A stretch of 64,000 nt of DNA from Chiloscyllium plagiosum. Lineage: Eukaryota. The translations under genes and the position numbers were made by a program. Positions 1 through 13,040 of the stretch are shown piece after piece. The notes below the pieces were generated by a model. It had not been told where the DNA came from. It saw only the letters and a list, made by a program, of their open reading frames with translations, and ran no database searches. The DNA lies in NCBI RefSeq assembly GCF_004010195.1, contig NC_057711.1:69640796-69704795 (forward strand), in the 5' to 3' direction. The stretch's first letter is position 1, and the number at the start of each line of letters is the position of its first letter.

Positions 1-317
1 AGGTGGGTGGGAATCCTGATTGTGAAAGTAAGCTCGGAGGCGGAGGCGACGGAAGAATTGTTCGACGTCACGGCGTGTATTAAATTCATTGATGTGTGGA
101 CGGAGGAGGATGAAAGTGAGTCCTTTGCTGAGGACTGATCGTTCGTCCTCAGTGAGGGGGAGGTCTGGGGGGATGGTGAAAACTCGGAAGGTGAGTCCTT
201 TGCTGAGGACTGATCGTTTGTCCTCAGTGAGGGGGGAGGTCTGGTGGGATGGTGAAAACTCGGCAGGGCTGGGAGCTGGGATCTGGTGTGGGTGTCGAGC
301 TGGGAGTGGGGGCGGAA
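1..317 (-). mobile_element. Penelope-like element, N-terminal ORF fragment (runs off window start)
   Basis: Minus strand reads RVFTIPPDLPLTEDERSVLSKGLTF..NEFNTRRDVEQFFRRLRLRAYF, the LSKGLxF/FFRRLRL region typical of vertebrate Penelope-like ORFs. Confidence 0.8.
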
Positions 318-1063
318 CCATCCCTCTAAACCCTTCCTATTCCTGTATCCATCCAGATGTCTTTTAAATGTTGTAATTGTGCCTGCCTCCAGTAGCTCCA
401 TCCATGCACACGCAACCCTCTGTGTGAAAATGTTACCCCTCAGCTCCCTTTTAAATATGTCCCCTCTCAACCTTAAGCTTGTGCTGGAATTTTGGACTCC
501 CCTACCATAGGAAAAAGATCTTGGTTATTCATGCCTCTCATGATTTTATAAACCTCTATAATGTCACCCCTCAGCCTCTGACACTCCAGGGGAAGAAGCC
601 TCAGCCTTTTTAGTCTCTCCCTATTACTCAAACCCTCCAAGCCTGGGAACATTCTTGCAAATATTTTCTGAATCCACTCAAGTTGAGCAACATCCTCCCT
701 GTAGCAGGGAGACCAGAATTGAATGCAATATTCCAAAAGTGGCCTAACCAATGTCCTGTGTAGCTGCAACATGCACTCCAGCTCCTATACTCAATGCACT
801 GACCACTAAAGGCAAGTATGCCAATCACCTTCTTCACTTCCCTGTCTATCCACAACTCCAGTTACAAGGAATTATGAACCTGCACTCCCAAGTCCTCTTT
901 GTTTGTCAAGACTCCCCTGGGCCCTACCACTACGTGTATAGGTCCTGCCCTGAGTTGTCTTAGTAAAATGGAACACCTCACAGTTATCTAAATTAAATTC
1001 CACCTGCCATTCCTCAGTCCATTGGCCAATCTGATCACGGTCCCATTGTACTCAGAGATAATT
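318..1063 (-). mobile_element. CR1 LINE, ORF2 3' fragment
   Basis: TLVRPLLEYCIQFWSP..LRGDIIEVYKIMRG, with frameshifts. Confidence 0.9.
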
Positions 1064-1261
1064 ACATTCCCAATGCAATTCTTGTTCCCTCTCAGTGACA
1101 TACTCAGTATTAACTAAGGATTTTACCTAATACAATAAACTGTGTATTTAGGTAATCCCACACCTCCCCTTATGAACTCATGTAAGGTGTGAATTGATCC
1201 CAAACTGTTGGGGGAAACAGTCACAACTCAATCTCCCCTCCTCTTTGGACAGTCTCTTTGG

Positions 1262-1697
1262 ATTGAGGATGACACTCTTCCAATCCAGAGTTGAGGATCC
1301 TGAGGTGTCTAAACATTCCAATGCTGGATTTGCACATCCTGGTCACAGGCAGAGCAGGTAGTGTTTGAAGAGGCAAATGGGTAGGATGCTCAGGTGTTTA
1401 CATGCTGATTCCATTATGGACACCTGACCTCCATCTGGACTTGTCAGAGATGTTTGAGGTTTGCTCTTTTGAGGATGATTCTTCACCAGCTGTGATGTCC
1501 TTGTGTTATGGATATGGATTCCCATGAGTCAGTGAGGATGTTACATCTTTTTAAAGAGGCTTTAAGGACATCTTTGAAGTGCTTCCTCTGCTCCCGGATA
1601 ACGATTTGTCACGATGAAACACAGAGTACAGCGTTCATTTTGGAAATCCGTGTCAGGCATATGGACAATGTATCCCATCCAAAGCAGTTGATTGACC
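1262..1697 (-). mobile_element. RTE-clade LINE, 3' fragment
   Basis: Minus strand resembles the RTE C-terminus (QLxWxGxIVHMPDT..RKHFKDVLKASLKRCNILTDSWESI), frameshifted. Confidence 0.7.
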
Positions 1698-2976
1698 ATA
1701 AACAATATTCACTTACGGAATTTGAGCACCACTGGCTGTGCCAGCATTTATTACCTATCCCTTGTTGCCCTTGAGAAGGTGCTGGAGAGCTGCCTTCTTG
1801 AACCATTGCAATCCATTAGTGGGTCACATTCAAAATGTCATTTGGGAGGCAGTTCCAGGATTTAAAGATCCCAGGGAGCATGACAAAGGTGGAATTGCTT
1901 GTGGCTTCCATGGGGTTCCTCCATTAAAAAGGCATTCAGTGCATGATTGAATGACCTGACATTAGGAAATTTATGGCTGGGTGCTGAGAGTCACTTCCTC
2001 CCCTTGCTATCTCCCTTCTTCCCTGCACTCTCACACCACATCCTCTTTCCTGCCATCACTTACCTGTGACCAGTAATCAAGGCAATAATACTTGGCCTCA
2101 GGCGGGCAGGGTACTGGCAAACAACACTTCCCAATGGAGCTGCCAGACAATAAAAGCAGCCGGCTTCTGATTGGTAGGTGGGACTTTTGTTGCTGAGGTT
2201 CTTGATCCCCTCCTTAAATTACTTATTCTTTCTCACACTGTGTACTGGTATGTTACACGTCTTCTTTCCCACAAGTTTAAAGCTGAACAATTGAAGGTAG
2301 CTTGTGTATACAACTGGTTCAGCTACTGGGATCCCAGGAGATTTTATAACAGGAGAAGTCAGATCCCAGATTGACGCATGGATTGACAGTTTCTTTTCTT
2401 TTTGGTTTTAACAAGGTGGGCTTCCATTGAAAGACAAATCGGCAAAGCTGCAGACACTAATTTAACAATAAAATAGAAGTTTGTCACACAAAAGAAATTT
2501 AGATAGAATTAAATAAATCAAACTACTTGTCTATAACATGCATTTACAGATTTTGAAAGACATGGTAAAATACAATCCCATCAATTTCAAATACAATCCT
2601 TTACAGTACTCATACCTCGGAGAATTTCTTTCTCTTTCATATTGAAAAGGGTTAATTTCATTCTAGTTTCAATTCCCCATCTTGACAATCTGATGGCCTC
2701 TTTCTTAAGCCTTCACACAACTGATCTTAGACTTACTCAGCTTCACATAATCCTTTTAGGGTTCTGATCTGGAACTTTTAAACTAAACTTGTTACACTGA
2801 GATAATATACTTCCTAACAGTTCTAAAATGATCTCCTTTATTCAGAAACAACTGTTTTACACATCCAGTTTCTATCAAGACTTCTCAAACTACCATAAAC
2901 GAAAACTAAAAAGCTTTTTTCCTAAATTGAGTATTTTTCCCTAAATCCCCAAAACATCTCCACAATATTCAAACAG

Positions 2977-3186
2977 GGTAAAAACAATGACTGCAGATGC
3001 TGGAAACCAGATTCTGGATCAGTGGTGCTGGAAGAGCACAGCAGTTCAGGCAGCATCCGAGGAGCTTCGAAATCGACGTTTCGGGCAAAAGCCCTTCACA
3101 TGAAGGGCTTTTGCCCGAAACGTCGATTTTGCCTGTCCTCGGATGCTGCCTGAATTGCTGTGCTCTTCCAGGACCACTGATCCAGA
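2977..3186. mobile_element. Fold-back Penelope-derived mini-element
   Basis: About 87-bp inverted arms (3012-3098 / 3101-3187); 15-bp TSD ACAATATTC(A/G)AACAG at 2962-2976 and 3187-3201. Confidence 0.85.
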
Positions 3187-6124
3187 ACAATATTCGAACA
3201 GCCTATTGCAGTATATTATTTATTTCATTCACTTGTAATCTCTCCAAATGTAAATAAATTGCTTAAATCCTTTCTCTAATGCTGTTTTAAAATAACTCAC
3301 CATGGCTACAGGAATATTTACAAATTAATCATTAAACCCCTTCAAATGAACAGAAGACCTAGATGGTATCGTTTCAAAATCCAAAAGTTAAATTTTATTA
3401 AAATATCTATAATCCAGTGCCAACCAGCAGCAGATATCTGGGTAGACAGCATAAGATCTCATGTGTTGAAATTGCTCACTGCTGTAGGATCATCCTAAAA
3501 TATAAAGATATCCTGACTTTTTTGACCAATTGACCATGTCTTGAATTATTCTTCCTTTAAAATCCCTGCACTTATCTCCAAAAGGTGTGAAGATTCCATG
3601 ACAATATAATACCCTCTTTCACTTTTCCCTGTTCTTTCCAACCAATTTGAAACTCTGAAGGGTTCTCCCTACAGATATATGAATTTGTGTCTTTTTCTAA
3701 TATTCCTCATGCCCTCCGCAAACCACCAACTGAATAGCTATGATTTTCATATTTCCAGGTGTGACAATAAAGTTTTACAAATCCATACTTGTGAGGTCAT
3801 TTTCTCTCTAATTGGAGCTATTATTTCAAATTTATCACAATGGATGCAGACAAAAAGAGGAAGTTGGTCAGTTCTATGAGCTCACATTTTCACAGTTAGA
3901 AGCTGCAGTTGAGGGGAACATAAAGCCCTGTGTGACCATTTTAATCACAGGAAAGACTTTGGTTCTATTTATGACGTATTGTGTGTAACTAATCACCTTC
4001 AAAACCAGAGAATTATAAAGGCTAGCTCACTGGAAATACATAAAGCGAAGATAGGTAGGATTTTGAAATATTGAGAGATGAGGACCATGAAGATAAGGCA
4101 CAAAAGAGGAGTTGAGGTCTTAGGCAGATGAGCCTAGGTCTAATAGAATGGTCAGGTAGGCTTGAGGGACTGAAAAGCCTACTCCTGTTCCTATAATGTT
4201 CTTGACTCACATGTCAATACCAAACACTGTGTGCTATGTTACTTTCATTTAAGGTGACATAGCAGCAGTAATGTCTCAAACAACATTTTGAATCTGCAAG
4301 ACTCCAGCATCCTTGGCTGTGGTATTAGTATTTATGTGGCTCTTGAGACCTGTTTAAAAATGCACTGTGGCTATGGTTAGAAGCCAAATTAGTTAATAAT
4401 GTCCAATCATGCTACAAAGGAAATACTAGGAAAAAAAAGATCATTTTTACAGGAACCCCAATTTCTAACGGTCCTTTCTTTCCCTCTTTCCTTCCCCTCC
4501 CTTTCCTTTCTTCACCATTACTCCCATTCCTTTATTTTCTTTCTTTTTTGGGCTGGTGGTTGAGTAAATAAAAGATGGCACAGATATTAAAGGTTTGCAA
4601 AAGAGGTTGGACTCTTGCTGCAAGGCATCTTCTATAATGTGAAGTATAGAAGAGTTGTATAGCTATGCACAAAGTGATATTTTATCTAAAAAGGAAGAGG
4701 GTAAACTTACCACCCCAAAATTGGGTGGGTTCTGGCTTGTTTGGCTCAAATGGATGGTCATTTTTTAAAAAATCTCATAGCGAAACTTTCCTCCTTCAAT
4801 GTTTTGTTTTAATTGTAGTGGAAACCAAACAACTCCCAGTAAGAGGGTGCTAATTCAGATATTTTGTTTAGATTGTATTACTTAAATTTTACCCCTCTGC
4901 CAGCTTTAACGCTGTTGGCTAGTTTTTCCAATCTTTAGGAAGCCTGGCAGCTAAAGACAGGGAAGATACCTGTATGGAAGAGGAAAATATTTTCCAATAA
5001 TGTTATTCAGCACAAGGAGCAGGTCTACTTCCCCTACTCCAACCTCACAAACTAACCTAACAAGCTAACCTGTTTCCTCCCCATGATTCTGCCCACTACT
5101 ATCTGACCATGCACCCCTCCTCTGCATCCCTGCAATTTTAAATTCTCCAGAGCTCCACTCTGCAGAGTCTTTTTTTTAATGGTTTGCTACTTGCTACAGA
5201 CACTGCCCACACAAATCCCACCTGATTTAACATCCAAATGAGATAATTAGTCATCAATTGTAAGACATTATTACATCCTGGCAAAAGATTTCCTCACCGC
5301 CATAGGTATTCCAGTAGCATTTTTTAACATAAGTATTTTTTTTAAATAAATACACCCACATACACCTTATCTTGAGTATTGAAAATTGTCTTGATAATCC
5401 ACGGACTGACTCCCAGTGCCTGAAACATGGTGGAATGTTGAAGAAATAATTGCAAAACCAGTAAGAAATTTTACATGCCGGCTCATTCTGAAGGAAGTTT
5501 TGTCCTTGCAATTTTTCATAGTTGGTGAATTCTCTCACCTATAATTCCAAATATTTATCTGACAAATCACACATAATAATTCTTATAATCATGCAGAAGC
5601 AGCCACAATCAGATTACAATTAAAGGAAATTGAAATTTGTTAGAGTGTAATTATCAGTATGTGGCAAAACATATGCAGTAAGGCCTTTAGAAGGCACTAT
5701 CTCTGTCTTCTTTTCACTTTTTCCTTATTCAAACAGATTTTTAATGCTACCCTCAAATTATTCCTCCATTTTGCTCACTATTCTGTTTAACTCCTCAGTG
5801 AAACTAAAACCATTGATGTGGTGATATCAGAATGAAAAATTAAAATTAAATGTTCAGTCAACAACCTGAAACAATCGGCCGAATGTTCAGGATGGAACCA
5901 AAAATGACCAAAGGCTAGAAAAGTGACGAACATGAATATTTTCCTATTGTGACAGAGGGACATTAGTAAAAGTTTTTAATTAATTCACTAGCAGAATCCT
6001 GGCTGACTGCTAGGAATGATCTCCAGTGGCAGGAGGGTCCAGATGGGTAGCTATGGGGACAGTTCCCACAAAATGGAGGGGTGGTGATGGTAGAAGAGAA
6101 ACTTATGAAAAGAGAAAAGAAAGA

Positions 6125-6234
6125 CCACGATGTGCAGGAATTAGAGAGGTCACAATCTGGAGAGGAGATAGGCCATGATGTGCAGGCATTAGAGAGATCA
6201 CCATCTGGAGAGGAGATAGGCCATGATGTGCAGG
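6125..6234 (+). repeat. 48-bp tandem repeat, about 2.3 copies
   Basis: Units CCAYGATGTGCAGG..GAGAGGAGATAGG start at 6125, 6173 and 6221. Confidence 0.9.
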
Positions 6235-6899
6235 ACAGAGAGAGAGTGTAAAAAGATGTGGGATAAAGAGAGGCCACGAGTGAAACGGAGGAACAAGTCA
6301 TTGTAGGGTGAAGGTCATAATGCGAAAGTAGGGAGAATGCCTCATTGGCGCTCAGTTTGAGTTCCATAGGGAACACTCAGCTCCTAATCTCATTAGAACT
6401 TTGTTTCAGTAAAGACAGAAGAGCTGAATTCCAATGTCTGAAGTGAGATTGACTGCCTTTGATATCAAGGCAGTGTTTTAGCATCAATAAATTTGTGTGA
6501 AGTCAATAGGGATCAGCTGGAAATCTCTGCTGGCTGGATTCATACTTTGCACAAAAGGAAAATGGTTGTGGTTCTTGAAGCCAAACCATCTCAGTCCCAG
6601 GATATTTCTCCAAGAGTTCAGGGTGCTTCATCAAGAATCTTCCCTCTATAAGGTCAGATGTGGGGATATTTGCTGATGGTCTGAGTCTTCAATTCAATTT
6701 GCAAGTTACATAATACAAAATTACTAATTATTGTTCAAACTTATTGAAGATTCAGTCATCTCTTCTACCTCAATTCATCAAATAAACAACTAATGGCTGG
6801 AAGTTGCCAAATCTGTGACTTATAAGTTACTTCCTGACTCACCAAAGCACATCTATCATCCACAAGGTACAAGTCAGGAGGATGAGAACACTTGTTTAA

Positions 6900-7350
6900 A
6901 TGAGTGCACTTGGCTCTGCCAGCATTTATTGCCAATCTATTGTTGCTCTTCAGGAGGTAGTGGCAAGCTGCCCTCTTATGCCACAACACTCTATGTATTA
7001 TGGATACACTAACAGGGAGCTCCAAGATATTGTCTCAGCTACAGTGAAGAAACAGTATGTAGTTTCAAGTCAGAATGGTATGTGGCTTTGAGGCTGAGTT
7101 GCAGCTAGTGCTGTTGTCATGTATCTACTCTCTTTATCCCCTTAGGCAGCAGAGGTCATGGGCTTGGAAAGTGCTGTCAAAGAAGCCTTTGTGATTGCTA
7201 TAATGCATCATGCATATCATACACCTTGCTACCACTGCATATTGATAGGAGAGATAGAGTATGTTTAAAATGATAGATGCAATGCTAATTAAGCAGGCTG
7301 CTTTGTTCTGGGTGATGTTAAACTTCTTGAACATTGAGTTGGACATTTGC
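6900..7350 (-). mobile_element. Decayed CR1/L2-type LINE 3' end (second family)
   Basis: QNKAACLI..ICMMHYSN-like remnant, plus a tail shared with copies near 26860-27490, 45890-46720 and 61355-62080. Confidence 0.6.
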
Positions 7351-9484
7351 ACTTCGAAATGGGGTTAAGCAGATGACTGATGCCATTTAATGAAATGCTT
7401 TTGTTACTTTGCCATGGACATCCAACATTAATAGGAATAGGATTCTGTAGTTAGTAACATTTGCAAACTCATCCCAAGGCCAGACTTCAATGACTGCATT
7501 CAAATTGCTATATCTGATTATTTTTGTGAACCTAAGTCCTTGCAAATTGCATGGTGATTAATTGCAGTAGATCTGTGTCTGTTTTCCTGGCAAATGCTAC
7601 ACCAGTTTTACAGTGAAGCAATCTTCCATCCTCCCACACTTCATTTCTGCACAGCAAATGACAGACTGGCTGTTTCATGAAATTATAGAATTGTTATAGT
7701 GCAAAAGGAACTATTTGGTCCCTGTGCTCATGTCAGTTTATTGAAAATGTCTCTCAGTTGGTCCCACTTGCCTGGCATTACAACGAGTCTTAGGGGAGGT
7801 TAGTGTCCTTGGTCAGTATCAGTATGAATAGAGACTGCTGAAAGCTAGACTTGGTAGCTTGTCTTATAATAAATGGCCTTGTAACAATTTGTAGAATAGG
7901 GCTTAGCATGATTCTCAATACAGAACCATCCAAAGCTAGAATGTCATCACATGGTTTTTTACATTGATCATATATACTACTTACAAATTTAGCTTTAATA
8001 TGTTCATCACATCTCTCCCCAAAGTCTCTGACTCAATATATTTTTGATATTATCTTTTAACTCTTTATATCACCCCAACACTGCCTTCCGTCTTCATTTC
8101 TAACTCACAAAGATAACCATTCTCCCTGAGCTTGTTCTTAGTTCTTTCAGAGGAATTAGAGAGATTTTACTTCTCTAAATTATTGCCTGGATTCCTGTCA
8201 ATTATTGTGTGAGTCATCACAGAATACTAGATTATTGTGAAAGTTTTCTTCCTGATCTTCTAGATAATTTGTCCATGCATTGAAGGTGTATTTTTCTATT
8301 CAAACAGTGCATTCCTACAGTAGGGTTACCTAACCTTAACACATTTTCAGGCTGTGCTGGATAAGCTATCTGCTACCGTGTATTTTCCACTATTTTGCCT
8401 TCATAGTTCTGATCCAAGATCCACATGAACCTCAATGCTCTGGTAGATATGGATTCTATAGCATTGATTAAGATGTTTGTTTTCACTTGTACCATGCTTT
8501 TGCCTTACTCACACTGCATCTGTTGCCATGGTACATAGCTTGAGCATGAAGGAGCAGGGAGTTGAGTCCACAGTTGCATTCCCATTAGCAGTTTATTTGC
8601 GGCCAGACCATTCTGGAATTCTATCGAATGATAGCTCAAAGGTACAAAGTTGAAATTATTAATTGTCTTCAAAAGTGCTTTGATCGTCCTTTCTTCACCT
8701 CTAGCCTCACTGTGGTTATCTAAGTAAACTGATGATGTGAAACTTTTGAAATATCAGTTACCAAAATGTGAGCTGTGGTCTGAAATGAATATGTCTGAAA
8801 TACTAAGTAGGCAAAAATGTCCTTGATAATTAACAGCTCCCAAGGTTGGACCACTCATTTGATGTGAATCCACTTGAAGTAACCTCAATCCGCCTGACTC
8901 AAAAAAAAAATCCATACCAAGGTATTCCCATGATCTGAGTAGAAATAACATCAGTTCATCTTTTTGTTCCTAGTAGTGGATCATGGAGGTGATGCACTTT
9001 GAAATAATTTCTTCCAGTAATTTTGAAATTCCTGGTCACCATGCTGAATTTATCATCTGAAGTATAGGAGTCTGAGGACACTTGGAATGACTAATCTGTC
9101 ATTGTAGATTAACAAGTCATATGAATGATACTTAAATGTCTTCACAGTTCTAGGTATTGCCTGAAAATAGGATCAGTTGGAACATAGTCTGGCCATCCTT
9201 TGATGTAGCATTCATAAGTTTGAGTGCATTTCTCATTTCTTTTCTGAGCTTCCCAAATTTCATCTAATCTTGGTTGTTCCAGGTAATATTTTGTCAGTCA
9301 AGTGTGGGAAATTACTTACTCAACAAAATTTCTGTCCTCATGTGCAGGCCTCTCAAAGGAATGCATGACATTGCATCTGCAGGAGTTTGATATTTACTCT
9401 GGATATACTCAGATTAACCTCATGAAGATTAAATGAAATTGCTGCAGCTGTGGTACCTTGGCTAGTATTTTATTTGTCATTTTG

Positions 9485-9872
9485 TTCTTTTTCATGGAAT
9501 GTGGCCATTGCTGACAAAGTCAGACTTTGTTACCTGTCCCTAATCACTCTAGAAGTGAATGACTTGCTAAAGAGTCATTTAGATTGCAAGATTTCAGAAA
9601 GCAGTTAAGAGACAACCATTCTACCATGCATCCAGAATTATGAGGGCCAGACCACATAGAGATAGCAGAGATTCTCCCCTAAAAGGGCATTAACAAACTA
9701 TAAAATTTTTTACAACAATCCATATAGTTTCATGATTACCATTAAGACTTGATTTATTAATTGAATTTAAATTCCACTATCTGTTGCATAGGATTTGAAT
9801 CTGTATTCCCAGAGCATTAGCCTGAGTCTACGGGATTACGAGTCTAAGACATTGTTGTTATGCCATTGCCTC
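9485..9872 (-). mobile_element. tRNA-headed SINE (SacSINE1/Deu-like), decayed
   Basis: Same body as the copies at 26150-26430 and 35340-35720; B-box-like ATTCAAATCC on the minus strand. Confidence 0.6.
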
Positions 9873-10309
9873 TCCTGTTTATGGTCTGTTTCAATGGTAA
9901 AACTTGGACCTACTAAATCATCTGATAATTTCTTAAAATCTCATGTAGCAGCTTGTGCTTCCTGTTCAATTAATGCATGTGTTTGCTTCATTTCTGTCAA
10001 AGACCTGGATACATAGAATACTAGTCTGCACTTTCTATCTCTCTGGAATACAGCTCCTCAAAAGATTCCACATGATAGACTGGTGAGCAAGGTTAGATCA
10101 CATAGTATCCAGGGAGCGCTAGCCTTATAGATACAAAATTGGCTTAAAGGTAGGAGGCAAAGAATGTTGATGAAGGATTGTTTTTTGGATTGGAGGCCTG
10201 TGACCAGTGGTGTGTCACAAGGTTTGGTGCTGGGTCCACTGCTTTTTGCCATTTATATAAATGATTTGGATTTGAGGAATGGTTGGTAAGTTTGTAGGTG
10301 ACATCAAAC

Positions 10310-10644
10310 GGGCGGCATGGGCGGCACGGTGGCACAGTGGTTAGCACTGCTGCCTCACAGCGCCTGAGACCCGGGTTCACTTCCCGCCTCAGGCGACTGA
10401 CTGTGTGGAGTTTGCACGTTCTCCCCATGTCTGCGTGGGTTTCCTCCGGGTGCTCCGGTTTCCTCCCACAGTCCAAAGATGTGCAGGGTCAGGTGAATTG
10501 GCCTTGCTAAATTGCCCGTCGTGTTAGGTAAGGGGTAAATGTAGGGGTATGGGTGGGTTTCGCTTCAGCGGGTCGGTGTGGACTTGTTGGGCCGAAGGGC
10601 CTGTTTCCACACTGTAATGTAATCTAATCTAATCTAATCTAATC
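10310..10644 (+). mobile_element. HE1-type tRNA-derived SINE, young
   Basis: A-box TGGCACAGTGG, B-box-like GGTTCACTTCC, body GGAGTTTGCACGTTCTCCCC, (CTAAT)n tail, ATCAAA duplicated on both sides, CpG-rich. Confidence 0.9.
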
Positions 10645-11041
10645 AAAATTGATGATGTAGTGCACGGTGAAGAAGGTTATCTCAGAGTAAAGCAGGACCT
10701 TGATTAGATGGGCCAGTGGGCCGAGAGGTGGCACATAGAGTTTAATTTAAATAAATGTAAAGTGCTGCATTTTGGTAAGGCAATTCAGGTCAAGACTTAC
10801 ACAGCTAATGGCAAGGTCCTGGGGAATGTTACCGAACAAGAAGACTTTGGGGCGCAGGTTCACAGTTCCTTGAAGGTGGCATCACAGGTAGACAGGGTAG
10901 TAAAGATGGCATTTGATACACTTGCTTTCATTGGTCAGTGTATTGAATATGGGAGTTGGGATGTCATATTTGGGCTGTACAAATTGGTTAGGCCACTTCC
11001 AGAATACTGTATTCAATTCCTGCCATAGGGAAGATGTTGTG

Positions 11042-11241
11042 GATAAAAACTGAAAGAACTGTGGGCGCTGTAAATCAGAAATAAAACCAGAAGTTGCAGT
11101 AAAAGCTCATCAGGTCTAGCAGCATCTGTGAAGAGAAATCAAAGTTTGCATTTTGGGTCCGGTGACCCTTCCTCAGAACTGGAAGAAGGTTTTGAGGAAA
11201 GGTCACCGGACCCAAAACATTAACTTTTATTTCTCTTCAAG
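11042..11241. mobile_element. Fold-back Penelope-derived mini-element inside CR1
   Basis: Inverted arms 11130-11179 / 11189-11238; TSD GATGTTGTG at 11033-11041 and 11242-11250. Confidence 0.8.
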
Positions 11242-12404
11242 GATGTTGTGAAATTTGAAAGGGTTCAGAAAAGATTTACAAGGATGTTGCTACACTTGGC
11301 GTCTTGAGCTATAGGGAGAGGATGAATAGGTTGGGGCTGTTTTCCCTGGACTGTCGGAGGTTGAGGAGTAACCTTACAGAGATGCATGGATAGGGTGAAT
11401 TGCCAAAGTCTTTTTCTCAGGGTAGGGGAGACCAAAGCTAGAGGGCACAGGTTTAAAGTTAGAGGGGAAAAGATTTAAAGGGACATAAGGGGCAATTTTT
11501 TCAATGAGAGGGTAGTCCCTTTAGAGAGTGAGCTGCCAGAGGAAGTGGTGGAGGCTGGTACAATTACAACATTTAGAAGGCACCTGGGTGTGTCAATGAA
11601 TAGGGAGGGTTTAGAGGGATATGGGCCAAGTGATGGAAAATGGGACTAGATTAATTTAGGATATCTGGTTAACATGGATGAGTTACTATGAAGATTCTGT
11701 TTCTGTGGTATATGACTCTATTTAATGATGCTTCAGCTATTGTGGGTAAATTAACCACTCCAACAATTAGACACGTGCTAAATTAAGTAAGAACATTCCT
11801 ACTTCGGTCATCATTGCCACCTATTGTTGAAATTCTGTCATGATATGAGGTGCTAGAAGTCTTTGTTTGCTTTGGTTGTCTGAGGATCAGCCTTGACCAT
11901 ACTACATGAACAATGTGTCCCAGAAATGTAATTGTGAGTTGCAAGGACTCATTTTGCTATTACTCGGTCACTAAGCTCTGATGTGGTAGACCCGTGAATT
12001 AGAATGTCACCCCATGATAGAAACCCTTCTAATCCATTTAGAATATTTGTCATTCCTCTCTGAAATATTTCTTGATACTGCATAATACCAAAGTGTTGTT
12101 GACTTAAAGCAGTCTCTTCCAAACAGTATAATGAGTGTTGTTAGTAGTTTGGATTTTTCATCATACGTAGTTGCCAAAAGCCATTGTTGCATCAATTTTA
12201 ATGAAGGTGGTGCTATTTCTCAACTTTGCCAGACTCTCATCCACAGCCACTGTTGGGTGGATCTTCCTTTACACTGATTTGTATAATTATGTGAAATTAA
12301 CATAATCTGCCTGTATTACTTTCACATTCTTCCACCTGATGACCTGCATAGCTGAGCCAGGATGCAATACACTGAGCTTTAGTAATACACCCCAGAGGAA
12401 TATA

Positions 12405-13040
12405 ACAACTAGAAACTAGAGTGGGCAACACTACCTCTTCAGCCTGCTCCGCCATGTAATATGATCACAGCTGATCTCATCTTGGCCTCAACTCCACTTT
12501 CCTGTCTGCTCTCCATTATCCTTCAACCTGTTACTGATTGAACAAAAATCTATGTCTTCTTTAAATTTTACGTCCCAGCATCCATTACACTCTCGGGTAG
12601 TGAATTCCACAGATTTATGACCCTTTGAGAGAAATAATTTATCGTATGTGTTAAATCTGCTATCTCTTATCCTATAACTATGACTTCTCATTCTCGACTA
12701 CGCACATGATGATACATCCTTTCTCCGTCTACTTTGCCAATCTCCTTTACCATTTTGTATACCTCAATTCATTCTCTCATTCTTCTAAACTTGAGACTAT
12801 AGGCCTAAAATGCTCAGTCTCTCTTCATAAGACAAGCCCCTCATCTCTGCAGTGAATCTAGTGAACCTCCTTGGGACTGCCTCGAAAGCAACTACATTGC
12901 TGCTCAGGTAGGGGGACCAAATTTGTATGCAGTACACCAAGTACAATCTCATTAATTAATGCTTGTATAGTTGCAGCAACACATCCCCCCTTTGTACTCT
13001 ATTCCTTTAGCAACAAGGGGCAAATTTCCATTTGCCTTCC
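12405..13040 (-). mobile_element. CR1 LINE, 3' fragment
   Basis: 3' UTR (AGTTGAGGCCAAGATGAGATCAGC on the minus strand) and decayed ORF2 C-terminus. Confidence 0.8.

Larger units (their letters stand above)
10058..11720 (+). mobile_element. 5'-truncated CR1 LINE with two nested insertions
   Basis: RT motifs ([33 protein letters not shown]) and a 3' tail ending TATGACTCTA. Confidence 0.9.
7800..12360 (-). mobile_element. Highly decayed Gypsy LTR retrotransposon (pol and probable 3' LTR), interrupted by younger insertions
   Basis: RT: IHPTVAVDESLAKL..DEKSKLLTTLI.LFGR.CF (about 12000-12350). RNase H: LVGPSFTIETDHK (about 9880-9950). Integrase: CYIKGWPDY, RSWEYLGMDFF, DIFISDH (8700-9300). PPT-like GGGGAGAGA at 8020-8012, followed by TG at 8011. 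Confidence 0.75.

Noticed and set aside
2969..3257. Mirror-image ORFs on both strands
   Set aside because: A consequence of the palindrome
5963..6376. 137-aa Ser-rich ORF
   Set aside because: Arises from purine-skewed sequence and the 48-bp repeat
10320..10400. tRNA gene
   Set aside because: The A/B boxes are the head of an HE1-type SINE, with the SINE body and tail attached
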